A stretch of 64,000 nucleotides of DNA, taken from assembly GCA_039815185.1 (NCBI GenBank), contig JBCBZT010000009.1, forward strand, positions 137,244-201,243. The letters are read 5' to 3'. Made by a program: the position numbers and the translations under genes. The DNA comes from Cyanobacteria bacterium P01_A01_bin.123 (GTDB taxonomy: Bacteria > Cyanobacteriota > Cyanobacteriia > Phormidesmidales > Phormidesmidaceae). The notes below the pieces were generated by a model. That model ran no database searches and was not told the DNA's origin. It was given only the letters and a program-made list of their open reading frames with translations. Positions within the stretch are counted from its first letter, which is position 1. Each line of letters starts with the position of its first letter. Below, in pieces: positions 30,697 to 40,321 of this stretch.

Positions 30697-31881
30697 ATGG
30701 TGTCCTATCGTCAAGACCCTTACCTGTGGGTTCACTTAGCAGGGCTAGCGGCTCTGCCTTTGCTGCTCGATATCTGTTTGTTGGGGCTTGCAGTCGGTAC
30801 CCCGCGGTTGCCTGTTTGGAGCGAGATGGGGCTACTGATCCTGATCGGTGTGGTGCCTGTTATATGGATGCAGTGGCAGCGCCCGTTCTATATCTTTAGC
30901 CTGCTACTGCTGGCCATTCGCCCAGCCCAACTGAGTGAAGAACGACGACGGATGTTGCCCTACTTCCGATCGTTTCCGGTTAGAGTACTGACGGCGATCG
31001 CGCCTGTACTCCTAATCTGGGTGCTGTGGCAACTCTATTGTCTGGCTCCAATTGCGGCTAGCATCACGCCCTTTGCCAAGTATGGCCGTGGCGTAGGGTT
31101 GCTGGTGGCCGCGATCGCGTTTCTAGCCTGTAATCTGTTCCTGCAAGTGCCCCTGAGCGTCCTGCGGGTTTTGCTAGTGGGTGAACAACAGCTAGCCCAA
31201 ACCGAACCTATCACCCCAGAAGAGATTCCAAATCGCTTTACGTCGTTTGGTCTGCAGATCAATCAAATTTTGCCTGAGATTTCAGAAGCGTCCCCCCAAC
31301 CCTCCTCGGCTCCGCCTGATGCATCTAGCAGGGTAACGGTCGAACAATCTACGGTTGAGGAATCTGTGCCAGAATCAGTGACAACCCCATCAGCCCAGCC
31401 AACTGACCTTGACAGTGCACCCGATGCTGTTGCTGATATTGAACCTGATACGGCGCAAAGTGGGATCTCTGAGATTGAGCAAAGCCTTAATGGGACTGAA
31501 ACTGTGGAGCGTGCCGTAGAGTCTGGCACCCTTGAATCTACGGGTGATCCTGATGACGCTGAAACCGAATTAGAAAATCAGGCTTCTACACTTGCTTTGT
31601 CTGAGGTTCACGAAACAGTAGGGCAACAAACCGATGATGCTGATGCATTAGATTTAGAGGCGTCTGATGCTGATGAGGTATTGGCCGATCAGGAAAATGA
31701 CCCTTTACAATCAGCACTAGACCAGGCAGCAGATGTTTCAGAGAAGGCTACGAAGTCTCTGCCTGACTTGGTAGATCAGTCTGCAGATTCCGAACTCCTC
31801 ACAGCTTCAAACGACACTGATGGGGAAGTCTCCCCCCCGGAAACGTCGACCATCGATGATGATGCGTTGGATGAAGTCTAA
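30697..31881 (+). CDS. Cyanobacterial low-complexity-tail membrane protein
   Basis: DPYLWVHLAGLA N-terminus, four TM helices, long acidic low-complexity tail; follows infB. Confidence 0.88.
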   Translation: MVSYRQDPYLWVHLAGLAALPLLLDICLLGLAVGTPRLPVWSEMGLLILIGVVPVIWMQWQRPFYIFSLLLLAIRPAQLSEERRRMLPYFRSFPVRVLTAIAPVLLIWVLWQLYCLAPIAASITPFAKYGRGVGLLVAAIAFLACNLFLQVPLSVLRVLLVGEQQLAQTEPITPEEIPNRFTSFGLQINQILPEISEASPQPSSAPPDASSRVTVEQSTVEESVPESVTTPSAQPTDLDSAPDAVADIEPDTAQSGISEIEQSLNGTETVERAVESGTLESTGDPDDAETELENQASTLALSEVHETVGQQTDDADALDLEASDADEVLADQENDPLQSALDQAADVSEKATKSLPDLVDQSADSELLTASNDTDGEVSPPETSTIDDDALDEV

Positions 31882-32301
31882 ACCCCATTCGACTTGAATC
31901 AGAATTAGGACGGTTTAAACCTGTTCCCTAACTTAAAGAGATGAAGCTTGAATCAGCACTCAAAAGATAATTGAACTTCCAAACTTCCACGACTTAATTT
32001 TGTAGTCTTAGCCACATTGTTTTAATCATCCAGTCTCGCTCAACTGCCCTGATAGAGAGGCAATCTAGCCCAAAATTGGATACAGTATTGTCGTGATTGC
32101 TATGCATTTGAGATTAATAAAATAGGCAAAAATAGCTCGGAATCATAGGGATTTCATAAAGTCTATTGATGGGCTAAACAATAATGTGTGACGATATACA
32201 CAACCATTGCACTTGCGTTGAGTTACGCTTTAAATGTAGAAGCTTTGAAGTTCCAGATTCAATGGAAGCCTTGAGGTTCAAGTTAATATTTTGAGGGTTT
32301 T

Positions 32302-32502
32302 ATGGAAGGTACACCAGCTTCAATTCACGATCATTTTGCTGGAGATGCTCAAATCTGGCAAAGCTTGAAACGAGCCATTAGCAACAGCTCAGGGTTTCAG
32401 CGCTGGCAGGGTGAACAAGACGCCAAACAGCTGAACCTTTTCTCCCATGACCAATTGGTAAGTCGTTATCTCCGAGAGACCTTGGAAACCCTGGCTTATT
32501 AG
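32302..32502 (+). CDS. Conserved small cyanobacterial protein (66 aa)
   Basis: WQSLKRAI..SSGFQRW...V.RYLRETLETLAY pattern; GAGGG RBS. Confidence 0.85.
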   Translation: MEGTPASIHDHFAGDAQIWQSLKRAISNSSGFQRWQGEQDAKQLNLFSHDQLVSRYLRETLETLAY

Positions 32503-32606
32503 CGGTAGCCTTTAATACCTTCTCAAGGGTTGAAGGCGACAATTATCATACTATTGATTTTTATTTAATTTTATAGGTCGAAAACCTTGCCCATAGCTTA
32601 TTGCCT

Positions 32607-32645
32607 AGAAATGACGTAGAGCCCAATCGGCCCTGCGTCATTTCT
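32607..32645. terminator. Intergenic hairpin, possible terminator
   Basis: AGAAATGACGTAG-N13-CTGCGTCATTTCT. Confidence 0.45.
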
Positions 32646-32775
32646 GCACTTTATAAGGATAGTTGCGTTTGAACGTTTAGGATTGATAACCCAGACGTAT
32701 CAGATTTGGTAACTCAAGGTAGCGATCGCGGTTGGGCTGACACACTTGAACCCAGGAACATCAGAGGATTTTGTC

Positions 32776-33663
32776 ATGAAAGGGTTTGTTCAGCGATCGC
32801 GGCTCTCTCGGTGGGCACTTTCCACTTTGAGTTTGGTGTTATTGGCAAGTTGTGGCGCCTCTGGCGTACCGACCGAAAGTGGCGATACTGCGATGGCTCC
32901 CGCTACGGCTGAAGCAGAATCGATGCCATCTGATTCAGCAGATGGGCAGGAAGCACTGCTAGCCGATACGTCCACCGTACCGACGGTACGTTCTGTCCTA
33001 GTCAAGCAGGCAAACCTGAGTTTAACCGTCGAGTCTGTCGATGAAAGCCTGGAGAGTATTGCTGAGATTTTGGTTGCGCAGCGAGGCGATTTACTAGAAC
33101 TCCATGATGAACAGCGGTTTACAGCTAGGGGAGCAGCCTACGTAACTCTGCGCTTGCGGGTGCCCAAAGACAATCTGGAGACTACACTAACCGCTCTCAA
33201 AGCCCTGGGAACCCTTGAGCGGCAATCTATCACGGCAGAAGAGGTGTCTGAACAACTGGTAGATCTAGAAGCACGGTTGCGCAATCTGCGTAAATCAGAG
33301 GAATCCTTGCTCAAAATTATGGAACGGTCAGGCTCGATCCCAGAAGTTTTAGAGGTATCACGGGAACTCAGCACCGTCCGCGCCTCAATTGAGCAAATTG
33401 ATGCTCAGCTTAAAGCTCTGCAAAACCGAGTGGCATATTCCACCATTCAGCTCCAGTTGACGCCAGTTAACGCCCCCCAATCCCCCCAAGCTCCCCTACC
33501 CGAAACCTTGGGAAATACCTGGCAAAACGCAGCTGAGTCCGTTAGCCAACTCACTGTGGGGTTATTGAAAATCGGATTGTGGCTGCTAGCCTATAGCCCT
33601 TACTTTGCTTTCGTGGCGATCGCTTTAGGCCTGGGGTACCGCCTTAGAAACCGTCAGGCGTAG
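32776..33663 (+). CDS. DUF4349-domain lipoprotein
   Basis: LLASC lipobox, LRLRVP, EEVSEQLVDLEARL, RVAYSTI, C-terminal TM. Confidence 0.9.
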   Translation: MKGFVQRSRLSRWALSTLSLVLLASCGASGVPTESGDTAMAPATAEAESMPSDSADGQEALLADTSTVPTVRSVLVKQANLSLTVESVDESLESIAEILVAQRGDLLELHDEQRFTARGAAYVTLRLRVPKDNLETTLTALKALGTLERQSITAEEVSEQLVDLEARLRNLRKSEESLLKIMERSGSIPEVLEVSRELSTVRASIEQIDAQLKALQNRVAYSTIQLQLTPVNAPQSPQAPLPETLGNTWQNAAESVSQLTVGLLKIGLWLLAYSPYFAFVAIALGLGYRLRNRQA

Positions 33664-33688
33664 GCGTGGAGGGCAACTTTCCCCTGAC

Positions 33689-34699
33689 TCAAACCTCGTA
33701 ATATTCCCGATACCACTGGACAAACTTATCAATCCCTACTTCCAAGGGAGTGTCGGGACGAAAGCCAACATCGGCCATCAGGTCGTCTACATCAGCATAG
33801 GTCGTTGGGACATCCCCGGGCTGCATGGGCATCATTTGCTTCACCGCAGTTTTGCCCATGGCCGCTTCGATCACTTCGATAAAGTGCATCAACGTGACGG
33901 GGTTGTTATTGCCAATATTGTAAATTTTGTAAGGGGCACAGGTCGGTAAATCGGCGGCGATCGCAGTTGCCTCGTCCACCGCTTTCGGCGGATGGTGCAT
34001 GACTCTCACAATCCCTTCCACAATATCGTCAATATACGTAAAATCTCGCTTCATGTGTCCGTGGTTGTACACCTGAATCGGGTCACCTTGGGCGATCGCC
34101 CGGACAAACTTGAAGTAGGCCATGTCAGGTCGTCCCCAGGGACCATAGACCGTGAAGAATCGCAGCCCTGTCATCGGAACACTGTACAGATGACTGTAAG
34201 AGTGGGCCATCAACTCATTGGCCTTTTTCGTAGCCGCATACAGCGATACAGGGTGGTCAACATTGTCAGTCACCGAGAAAGGCACCTTGCGATTAGCCCC
34301 GTAGATAGAACTTGAGGAGGCAAACACTAGATGAGCCACATGAGACTGACGACACCCCTCCAAAATATTGACAAACCCCGATAGATTACTGTCTGCATAG
34401 GCAAACGGATTTTGCAGTGAATAGCGCACCCCCGCTTGGGCCGCTAAGTGAACAACACAATCAAATGACTGCTGCTGAAACAGTTCGCCCATACCTGCTC
34501 GATCGAACAAGTCAAGCTGCTGAAAGGTGAAGCCTGCTTGGGGAATCAATCGGGCCAGTCGATCTTGCTTCAGCTGCACATCATAGTAGTCATTTAGGTT
34601 GTCGATACCATAAACCCGATAACCATCTGCCAACAGGCGATCGCTTAAAAAGTAACCGACAAATCCTGCAGCTCCCGTAACCATCACATTCATAACCAT
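33689..34699 (-). CDS. NAD-dependent epimerase (UDP-glucuronate 4-epimerase-like)
   Basis: TGAAGFVG, HLAAQAGVRYS, YAATK, RFFTVYGPWGRPDMA, MQPGDV. Confidence 0.93.
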   Translation of the reverse strand: MVMNVMVTGAAGFVGYFLSDRLLADGYRVYGIDNLNDYYDVQLKQDRLARLIPQAGFTFQQLDLFDRAGMGELFQQQSFDCVVHLAAQAGVRYSLQNPFAYADSNLSGFVNILEGCRQSHVAHLVFASSSSIYGANRKVPFSVTDNVDHPVSLYAATKKANELMAHSYSHLYSVPMTGLRFFTVYGPWGRPDMAYFKFVRAIAQGDPIQVYNHGHMKRDFTYIDDIVEGIVRVMHHPPKAVDEATAIAADLPTCAPYKIYNIGNNNPVTLMHFIEVIEAAMGKTAVKQMMPMQPGDVPTTYADVDDLMADVGFRPDTPLEVGIDKFVQWYREYYEV

Positions 34700-35487
34700 G
34701 TCGCTCCTTTCAAGACAAGCGGGTTGACATCTACTCAGTAGAAGGGCATTTCTTAATGATGCTGTCAGGCTAGTTGCAGCGAAGCCTGACTCATCGCTTC
34801 GTAAGGTTAACGCAGGGAGCTAGCATGATCATGCATCTTGAGGAGTCATGGAGTCCTGCTAGCATAACCGATCCAGGGCTGCACTCGACCAAATCTAGTC
34901 TAAGCCCTAAGCCTTTTCCCGTTGAAAACCGAATCAGTCCGGATCGGCACAAAATTTAGCGATGCAAAGCCTCACATCCCTGATGGTTTTACCCGCCCCC
35001 TGATGAGAAGGTGCAATGTATCCGGTTGAATGAGGGACAAGGTTATCGCCAATTACCATCGGTTTCGCAATTAAAAACTTCGTTTAATCCTGATTCTGAA
35101 GGGAAAAATCAGACAGTTTAAGCGTCACCGACAACCCCATTGCTCAAGGACACAACCGTTCATTTCTAGGTCAACGAAAATCAATTGATCAGGCTAATTG
35201 CGATCCCTTCTAGTCCCGTTTAACCCTGATGGAAGCTCCCCTCAAGGTATGGTTCTACCCTATCTCTTGATCGGCCGATAACCCTCTATCCGCAGGCCTT
35301 ACACTGGTTTTTAGAAAATTTCCTAAAGGCGATCGCGACTTTTCTTTCAGCTTAACTTCAAACTTTTTCGAGCTTATCGATTTGCCTTAACTTGATTTAT
35401 TCAAACAAACGAACCGATTTTAAGCATCGATGCTAGGATTGCCAGAGAAGAAAAAGAGAGAAACAATATCAAGGACGTAACATTCAC

Positions 35488-37641
35488 ATGCAAGAGATTG
35501 ACAAGTCGATTTCCTTTGATGGTAGGGATATTCGACTTAAAGTAGGGCTGTTAGCCCCCCAAGCTGGTGGTTCAGTTTTAGTCCAGTCTGGGGAAACAGC
35601 AGTATTGGTGACAGCAACCCGCTCCTCAGGCCGAGAAGGCATCGATTTTTTACCGCTACTGGTCGATTACGAAGAACGCTTATACGCTGCTGGACGCATT
35701 CCAGGAGGCTTCCTCCGCCGAGAAGGGCGCCCCCCAGAGCGGGCAACTCTGATTAGCCGTCTGATTGATCGCCCCATGCGTCCCCTATTTCCCCAGTGGT
35801 TGCGTGACGACATTCAAATCGTCGCGACCACCCTGTCCATGGATGAACAGGTTCCGCCTGATGTGCTAGCGGCAACGGGGGCATCCATTGCCGTATTAGT
35901 TGCCCAAATTCCGTTTAATGGGCCCATGGCAGCAGTACGCGTGGGCCTAGTGGGTGATGATTTTGTGATTAACCCCACCTATGCCGAAATTGAGAACGGT
36001 GATTTAGACCTGATCGTTGCGGGTTCCCCCGATGGGGTAATCATGGTCGAAGCTGGGGCCAATCAATTACCTGAGCAAGACGTGATCGAAGCTATTGACT
36101 TTGGCTATGAGGTCGTGCGTGATCTGATTAAAGCCCAGGAAGAACTGCTCACAGAATTGGGGCTTGAACGCATCACTGAGCTTGAACCTGAAGCGGATCC
36201 AACCTTGGATGATTTCGTTCGCGATCGCGCTACCGAGGGCATCAAGCAAGTTTTGAGTCAGTTTGAACTGGCCAAACATGAGCGGGATGAAAAGCTTGAT
36301 GTCATCAAAGCTGAAATTGCCACAGCCATTGAAGGTTTAGCAGAGGATGATTCTGTCCGGGGGGCGGTTGAAGCCAATGGCAAAGCCCTAGGCAAAACCT
36401 TCAAAAGTCTGACTAAAAAGCTGATGCGTCAACAAATCATCGACGACAGCGTCCGGGTCGATGGTCGCAAGTTAGATGAAGTGCGGCCCATTTCTTGTCG
36501 GGTAGGGCTGTTGCCAGCAAGAGTTCACGGTAGCGGTTTATTTAACCGGGGACTCACCCAGGTAATGTCCATTGTTACCCTAGGTACCCCTGGGGATGCT
36601 CAAATGATGGACGACTTACACCCAGATGACGAAAAACGCTACCTGCACCACTACAATTTCCCCCCCTATTCCGTTGGCGAAACGCGTCCCATGCGCTCTC
36701 CCGGTCGCCGCGAAGTCGGTCACGGTGCTCTTGCAGAACGGGCTTTGGTGCCTGTGCTGCCCCTCAAAGAAGACTTCCCTTATGTCATTCGGGTGGTTTC
36801 TGAAGTGCTATCTTCCAACGGTTCCACTTCTATGGGTTCTGTCTGTGGATCGACCTTGTCGCTGATGGATGCTGGGGTTCCCTTGAGCAAACCCGTCAGT
36901 GGTGCAGCCATGGGGCTGATCAAAGAAGGGGATGAAGTCCGCATTCTGACCGATATTCAGGGGATTGAAGACTTCCTGGGTGACATGGACTTCAAAGTGG
37001 CAGGAACCGACAGTGGCATCACCGCCCTGCAAATGGACATGAAGATCACGGGCTTAAAGTTAGACATCATTGCCGCAGCCATTAACCAAGCCAAACCGGC
37101 CCGCATGCATATTCTTGAGAAAATGCTGGGGGCAATCGACCAACCCCGTACTGATCTCTCACCCTTTGCCCCGCGCTTGCTCACCTTTAAGATTGATCCA
37201 GAACTGATCGGCATGGTGATTGGGCCTGGCGGTAAGAAAATCAAGAGTATCGTGGAACAGACAGGAGCCAAGGTCGATATCGAAGACGATGGCACCGTAA
37301 CCGTCTCTTCCCTCGAAGGTAAGGCCGCCAAACACGCTAAAGCCCTAATCGAAGGCATGACCAAGAAACCTTCAGCTGGGGATGTATTTGCCGGTAAGGT
37401 GACCCGCGTGATTCCCATTGGGGCCTTCGTGGAGTTCTTACCGGGTCAAGAAGGGATGGTGCACATTTCTCAGCTAGCCGACTATCGCGTCGGCAAAGTT
37501 GAAGACGAAGTGAATGTTGGCGACGATGTGGTGGTCAAAGTCAGAGAAATTGACGGTCGAGGTCGGATCAACCTCACCCGATTAAATATTCACCCCGATG
37601 AAGCGGCCGCCGCTCGTGCCGCTCTAGAAGAAGCCTCTTGA
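35488..37641 (+). CDS. pnp: Polyribonucleotide nucleotidyltransferase (PNPase)
   Basis: [48 protein letters not shown] and S1 domains. Confidence 0.98.
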   Translation: MQEIDKSISFDGRDIRLKVGLLAPQAGGSVLVQSGETAVLVTATRSSGREGIDFLPLLVDYEERLYAAGRIPGGFLRREGRPPERATLISRLIDRPMRPLFPQWLRDDIQIVATTLSMDEQVPPDVLAATGASIAVLVAQIPFNGPMAAVRVGLVGDDFVINPTYAEIENGDLDLIVAGSPDGVIMVEAGANQLPEQDVIEAIDFGYEVVRDLIKAQEELLTELGLERITELEPEADPTLDDFVRDRATEGIKQVLSQFELAKHERDEKLDVIKAEIATAIEGLAEDDSVRGAVEANGKALGKTFKSLTKKLMRQQIIDDSVRVDGRKLDEVRPISCRVGLLPARVHGSGLFNRGLTQVMSIVTLGTPGDAQMMDDLHPDDEKRYLHHYNFPPYSVGETRPMRSPGRREVGHGALAERALVPVLPLKEDFPYVIRVVSEVLSSNGSTSMGSVCGSTLSLMDAGVPLSKPVSGAAMGLIKEGDEVRILTDIQGIEDFLGDMDFKVAGTDSGITALQMDMKITGLKLDIIAAAINQAKPARMHILEKMLGAIDQPRTDLSPFAPRLLTFKIDPELIGMVIGPGGKKIKSIVEQTGAKVDIEDDGTVTVSSLEGKAAKHAKALIEGMTKKPSAGDVFAGKVTRVIPIGAFVEFLPGQEGMVHISQLADYRVGKVEDEVNVGDDVVVKVREIDGRGRINLTRLNIHPDEAAAARAALEEAS

Positions 37642-37678
37642 CCCAAACCCTGAGGCTAAACTGACCGGATTATGATTG

Positions 37679-37710
37679 ACGGGATGTTCAAAGGTGAACA
37701 TCCCGTTTTT
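37679..37710 (+). terminator. Rho-independent terminator of pnp
   Basis: ACGGGATGTTCA-AAGG-TGAACATCCCGT-TTTT. Confidence 0.85.
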
Positions 37711-37759
37711 AAATCATTTAATACGTTTCAAGACTCAAGTTTTCAAATCGGATTTGGTT
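37696..37759 (-). repeat. Dispersed element family A, partial copy
   Basis: GACTCAAGTTTTCAAATCGGATTTGGTT (37732-37759) differs at 2 of 28 positions from 45785-45812. Confidence 0.7.
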
Positions 37760-37840
37760 TTGGGAAAAAGCTAATTGAGAATGTATCTATAGGTTGGAGA
37801 GTATCCATCCCTTTGCCCGTATAAACCTGACTATTTTGCC

Positions 37841-38215
37841 ATGACTTCAATCAATCGCACGTTGTTACGCATCGTCGGCATGGGCTGGGTCTGCTTTATG
37901 GTCGCTGGGGTCATCATCAGCCAGGTTTTTGCAGCTCCGACGGTGACGCTGCTGGTTGATCGCAGCTATTGTGATGCCGCTGATTGGCAGCGTGTGACCA
38001 CCCAATACGACGCCCTCTATCGCCAGAACCAGCAGGGTCGCGTTGAAATTGAGCGGCTCGTTCTATTTAGTGACTTGGGAGAAGAGGTGCTAGACGAACC
38101 CCTAAGTCCAGAAGACTTTCAAACGCTGTCTACCTATGGCAAAGCCAATCCCGATCGGCAGCAAACCCTAAAAGCCGAGTATGCCAATGCCCAATTGCTA
38201 TCCTGCGGCCAGTAG
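37841..38215 (+). CDS. Hypothetical exported protein
   Basis: N-terminal TM/signal, LLVDRSYC motif. Confidence 0.75.
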   Translation: MTSINRTLLRIVGMGWVCFMVAGVIISQVFAAPTVTLLVDRSYCDAADWQRVTTQYDALYRQNQQGRVEIERLVLFSDLGEEVLDEPLSPEDFQTLSTYGKANPDRQQTLKAEYANAQLLSCGQ

Positions 38216-38333
38216 TCGCTCCAATTATTCGCCATAGTGAATTGTCTGCTTGACTGTTCTTGATGTCGCTATAGCGTCTCTACCTTTATCTTTCTCCTGA
38301 TTTTCCATTGCCAAAATCATTAGAGAGGGATAC

Positions 38334-38371
38334 TACGTAGGGCGATCGCGATCACGCGATCGCCCTATGTA
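38334..38371. repeat. GTAG-type REP-like palindrome built from two HIP1 sites
   Basis: TACGTAGGGCGATCGCG-ATCA-CGCGATCGCCCTATGTA. Confidence 0.75.
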
Positions 38372-38474
38372 TAGCGCTGACCAGATTGCTTAATACACCG
38401 AGTATCGCCGGGATGCCGAGTTTGCAGGCAATCTGGCTCGCAGTCTTGTCCTCACAGAGTTGGCGACTGCTATA
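38370..38474 (+). repeat. Dispersed element family B (MITE-like, TATAGC...GCTATA ends), copy 1
   Basis: TATAGCGCTGACCAGATTGCTTAATACACCGAGTATCGCC...GCAATCTGGCTCGC...GGCGACTGCTATA; homologous to 50003-50108. Confidence 0.8.
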
Positions 38475-38483
38475 TCACTGGGG

Positions 38484-40133
38484 TCAAACGCCAAGCCCGG
38501 TCAAAACACCAGACTGCCCCTCCAGTGCTAGGAAGGAGACGGCTTCGGTGGTGTGGTTAAGTTCACTATCGCGGGATTGCTCCTCGTGAACACCAACCCC
38601 AAAACTATTGCTGTTGATGGCGTCAAGCCGCAGATTGGCTGTGTCTGAACCATAGAAGGAGCCCAGCTTAGCAATTAGTGACGGGGCAGCATTGAAGTCT
38701 GCCGCAAAATTGACCTTGCCGCGATTGTGAGTGTGGCTGCGGCCAGTCGTGCCGCCTTGCAACAAGGTATCACCATCGGATCCTTGTCCTTGGTCAACAG
38801 CTAACCAGCCAATGGTTTCTTGGACATGTGTACCCTGATTCAGGGCTTCTTCTTCTTGCATGGCAACTTTAAAGCCGTTTGAGGTCTGTCCAGTGGTGCG
38901 GGTGGTGACCCAATCCCCACCATTGAAAGTTTGTACCTGAGACAGCACCGTAGGCGCGGACTCAAAACCGGTTAAGTTAACCGAATCAAAACCTTTGGAG
39001 GTAAGTCGATTTGAGTTGCGCGTGCCTGCCGAGAGACGGGTGCCATCAGCCAGTTCCCAGTCTCCAGCCTCCATGACGAGATAGGAAACCGATTCGTTGG
39101 TGTGTTTACCGTCTTTGTAGTTGGGCTCCTGAAGGCGGACTTGGAAGGTGCTATCTGTGATGTTGCGGAGGCGGATGGCAGCTGGATCCGAGCCGTTCAA
39201 GGAGGGGTCGGAGACGATGACGACGGGGTTATCGTAAGTGTCATCGAGAGTGATGGTCTTCCACTGGTGGTTGAGGCTGAGTTTACCGTACTCACCAATT
39301 ACATCAGCTGTCGGCGTCGGGTTGCCTGAACCGCCACCGGTAGGAAGGTCATCAGTATCCAAATCGAGCTTGACGTTTTTAGAATTAATGGTGACTGTTT
39401 TGTTGACCGCTTGAGATAGGCCACCGCCGGAGAATGTGACATCGTATTTTCCCGGTGTTAAGGCAACTTGATAGCCCCCTGAGCCATAAGTATTCGTGCT
39501 AAATACGGCGTTATCAGACTGACGGGTTGCCTTGACTTGAATACCGCCGAGTCCTTCGCCAACGGTATAAAAATCATCGTCGGTTACGCCATCATCGAAA
39601 GCGACCCCAGTGAGAAAAGTAGATGATCCAGATTTGGCAAAGTTCTGGGTCGCCATGACCGCGTTGTATCCCTGAAATTCACCCGTACGAATGCCAATAC
39701 CAATCTCTTTGAAATTATCATTTAAGATGTTGGTGCGGTGACCTGAACTCTTAAATAATCCCTCATGCTGCGTGCCGACATAGGCTGTTACATTAGGCGT
39801 TCCAGTGGTTCCTCGCCAAGATATGTTTTCTCCCCATGTCCAGCTACCTGTAAAGTCGTAGCCAGCAGATCGCATCCGATCCCCCGCACTGCTTCCGCCA
39901 GCGCCTGTGTGGGAAAAGGTATCGGTGTTGAGCATCCACTGGCTATGGTTGCGGGATGAATCGATCAGGTCGAAATTAAAGGCTAGAGGCTGTTTGGAAC
40001 TGCCTGAGATCGTGCCTGATGGTAGCCCCTGATTGAGACCAATGCCGTATTGAGCGGCTTCGGCATTGGGATTAGACCTAGCCCGATTCACCAATTCGAG
40101 CATATATTGCTCATTTGCCGAGGGTTGTGCCAT
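38484..40133 (-). CDS. CAP (SCP)-domain extracellular protein with beta-rich C-terminal domains
   Basis: EQYMLELVNRAR, HSQWM...FSHTG, WGENI, SSGHRTNIL, EIGIG, TQNFA. Confidence 0.9.
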   Translation of the reverse strand: MAQPSANEQYMLELVNRARSNPNAEAAQYGIGLNQGLPSGTISGSSKQPLAFNFDLIDSSRNHSQWMLNTDTFSHTGAGGSSAGDRMRSAGYDFTGSWTWGENISWRGTTGTPNVTAYVGTQHEGLFKSSGHRTNILNDNFKEIGIGIRTGEFQGYNAVMATQNFAKSGSSTFLTGVAFDDGVTDDDFYTVGEGLGGIQVKATRQSDNAVFSTNTYGSGGYQVALTPGKYDVTFSGGGLSQAVNKTVTINSKNVKLDLDTDDLPTGGGSGNPTPTADVIGEYGKLSLNHQWKTITLDDTYDNPVVIVSDPSLNGSDPAAIRLRNITDSTFQVRLQEPNYKDGKHTNESVSYLVMEAGDWELADGTRLSAGTRNSNRLTSKGFDSVNLTGFESAPTVLSQVQTFNGGDWVTTRTTGQTSNGFKVAMQEEEALNQGTHVQETIGWLAVDQGQGSDGDTLLQGGTTGRSHTHNRGKVNFAADFNAAPSLIAKLGSFYGSDTANLRLDAINSNSFGVGVHEEQSRDSELNHTTEAVSFLALEGQSGVLTGLGV

Positions 40134-40321
40134 TTTTTAGACTCCACGTAGGAACGACAGTTTGGCAGTGTCACCCAGTCATACGCTGCATCAGCGCTCT
40201 AAAATCAAAACAAAAGTTTCCCCCAATTGGCTGTGAGGGAAAGTGAGTGTTCAGGAGGGCACAACAGAATCGATTACTCAATCGGGGCTATAAGTTACCC
40301 CGATCAAAGAGACGTGAGTCC

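Noticed and set aside
34700..35487. Long intergenic region and ORF 34774-34959 before pnp
   Set aside because: No RBS, motif, RNA gene or repeat recognised; treated as a divergent promoter region.
27651..37641. Many antisense or nested ORFs within infB, pnp and other long genes
   Set aside because: Expected shadows of codon bias; none has independent support.
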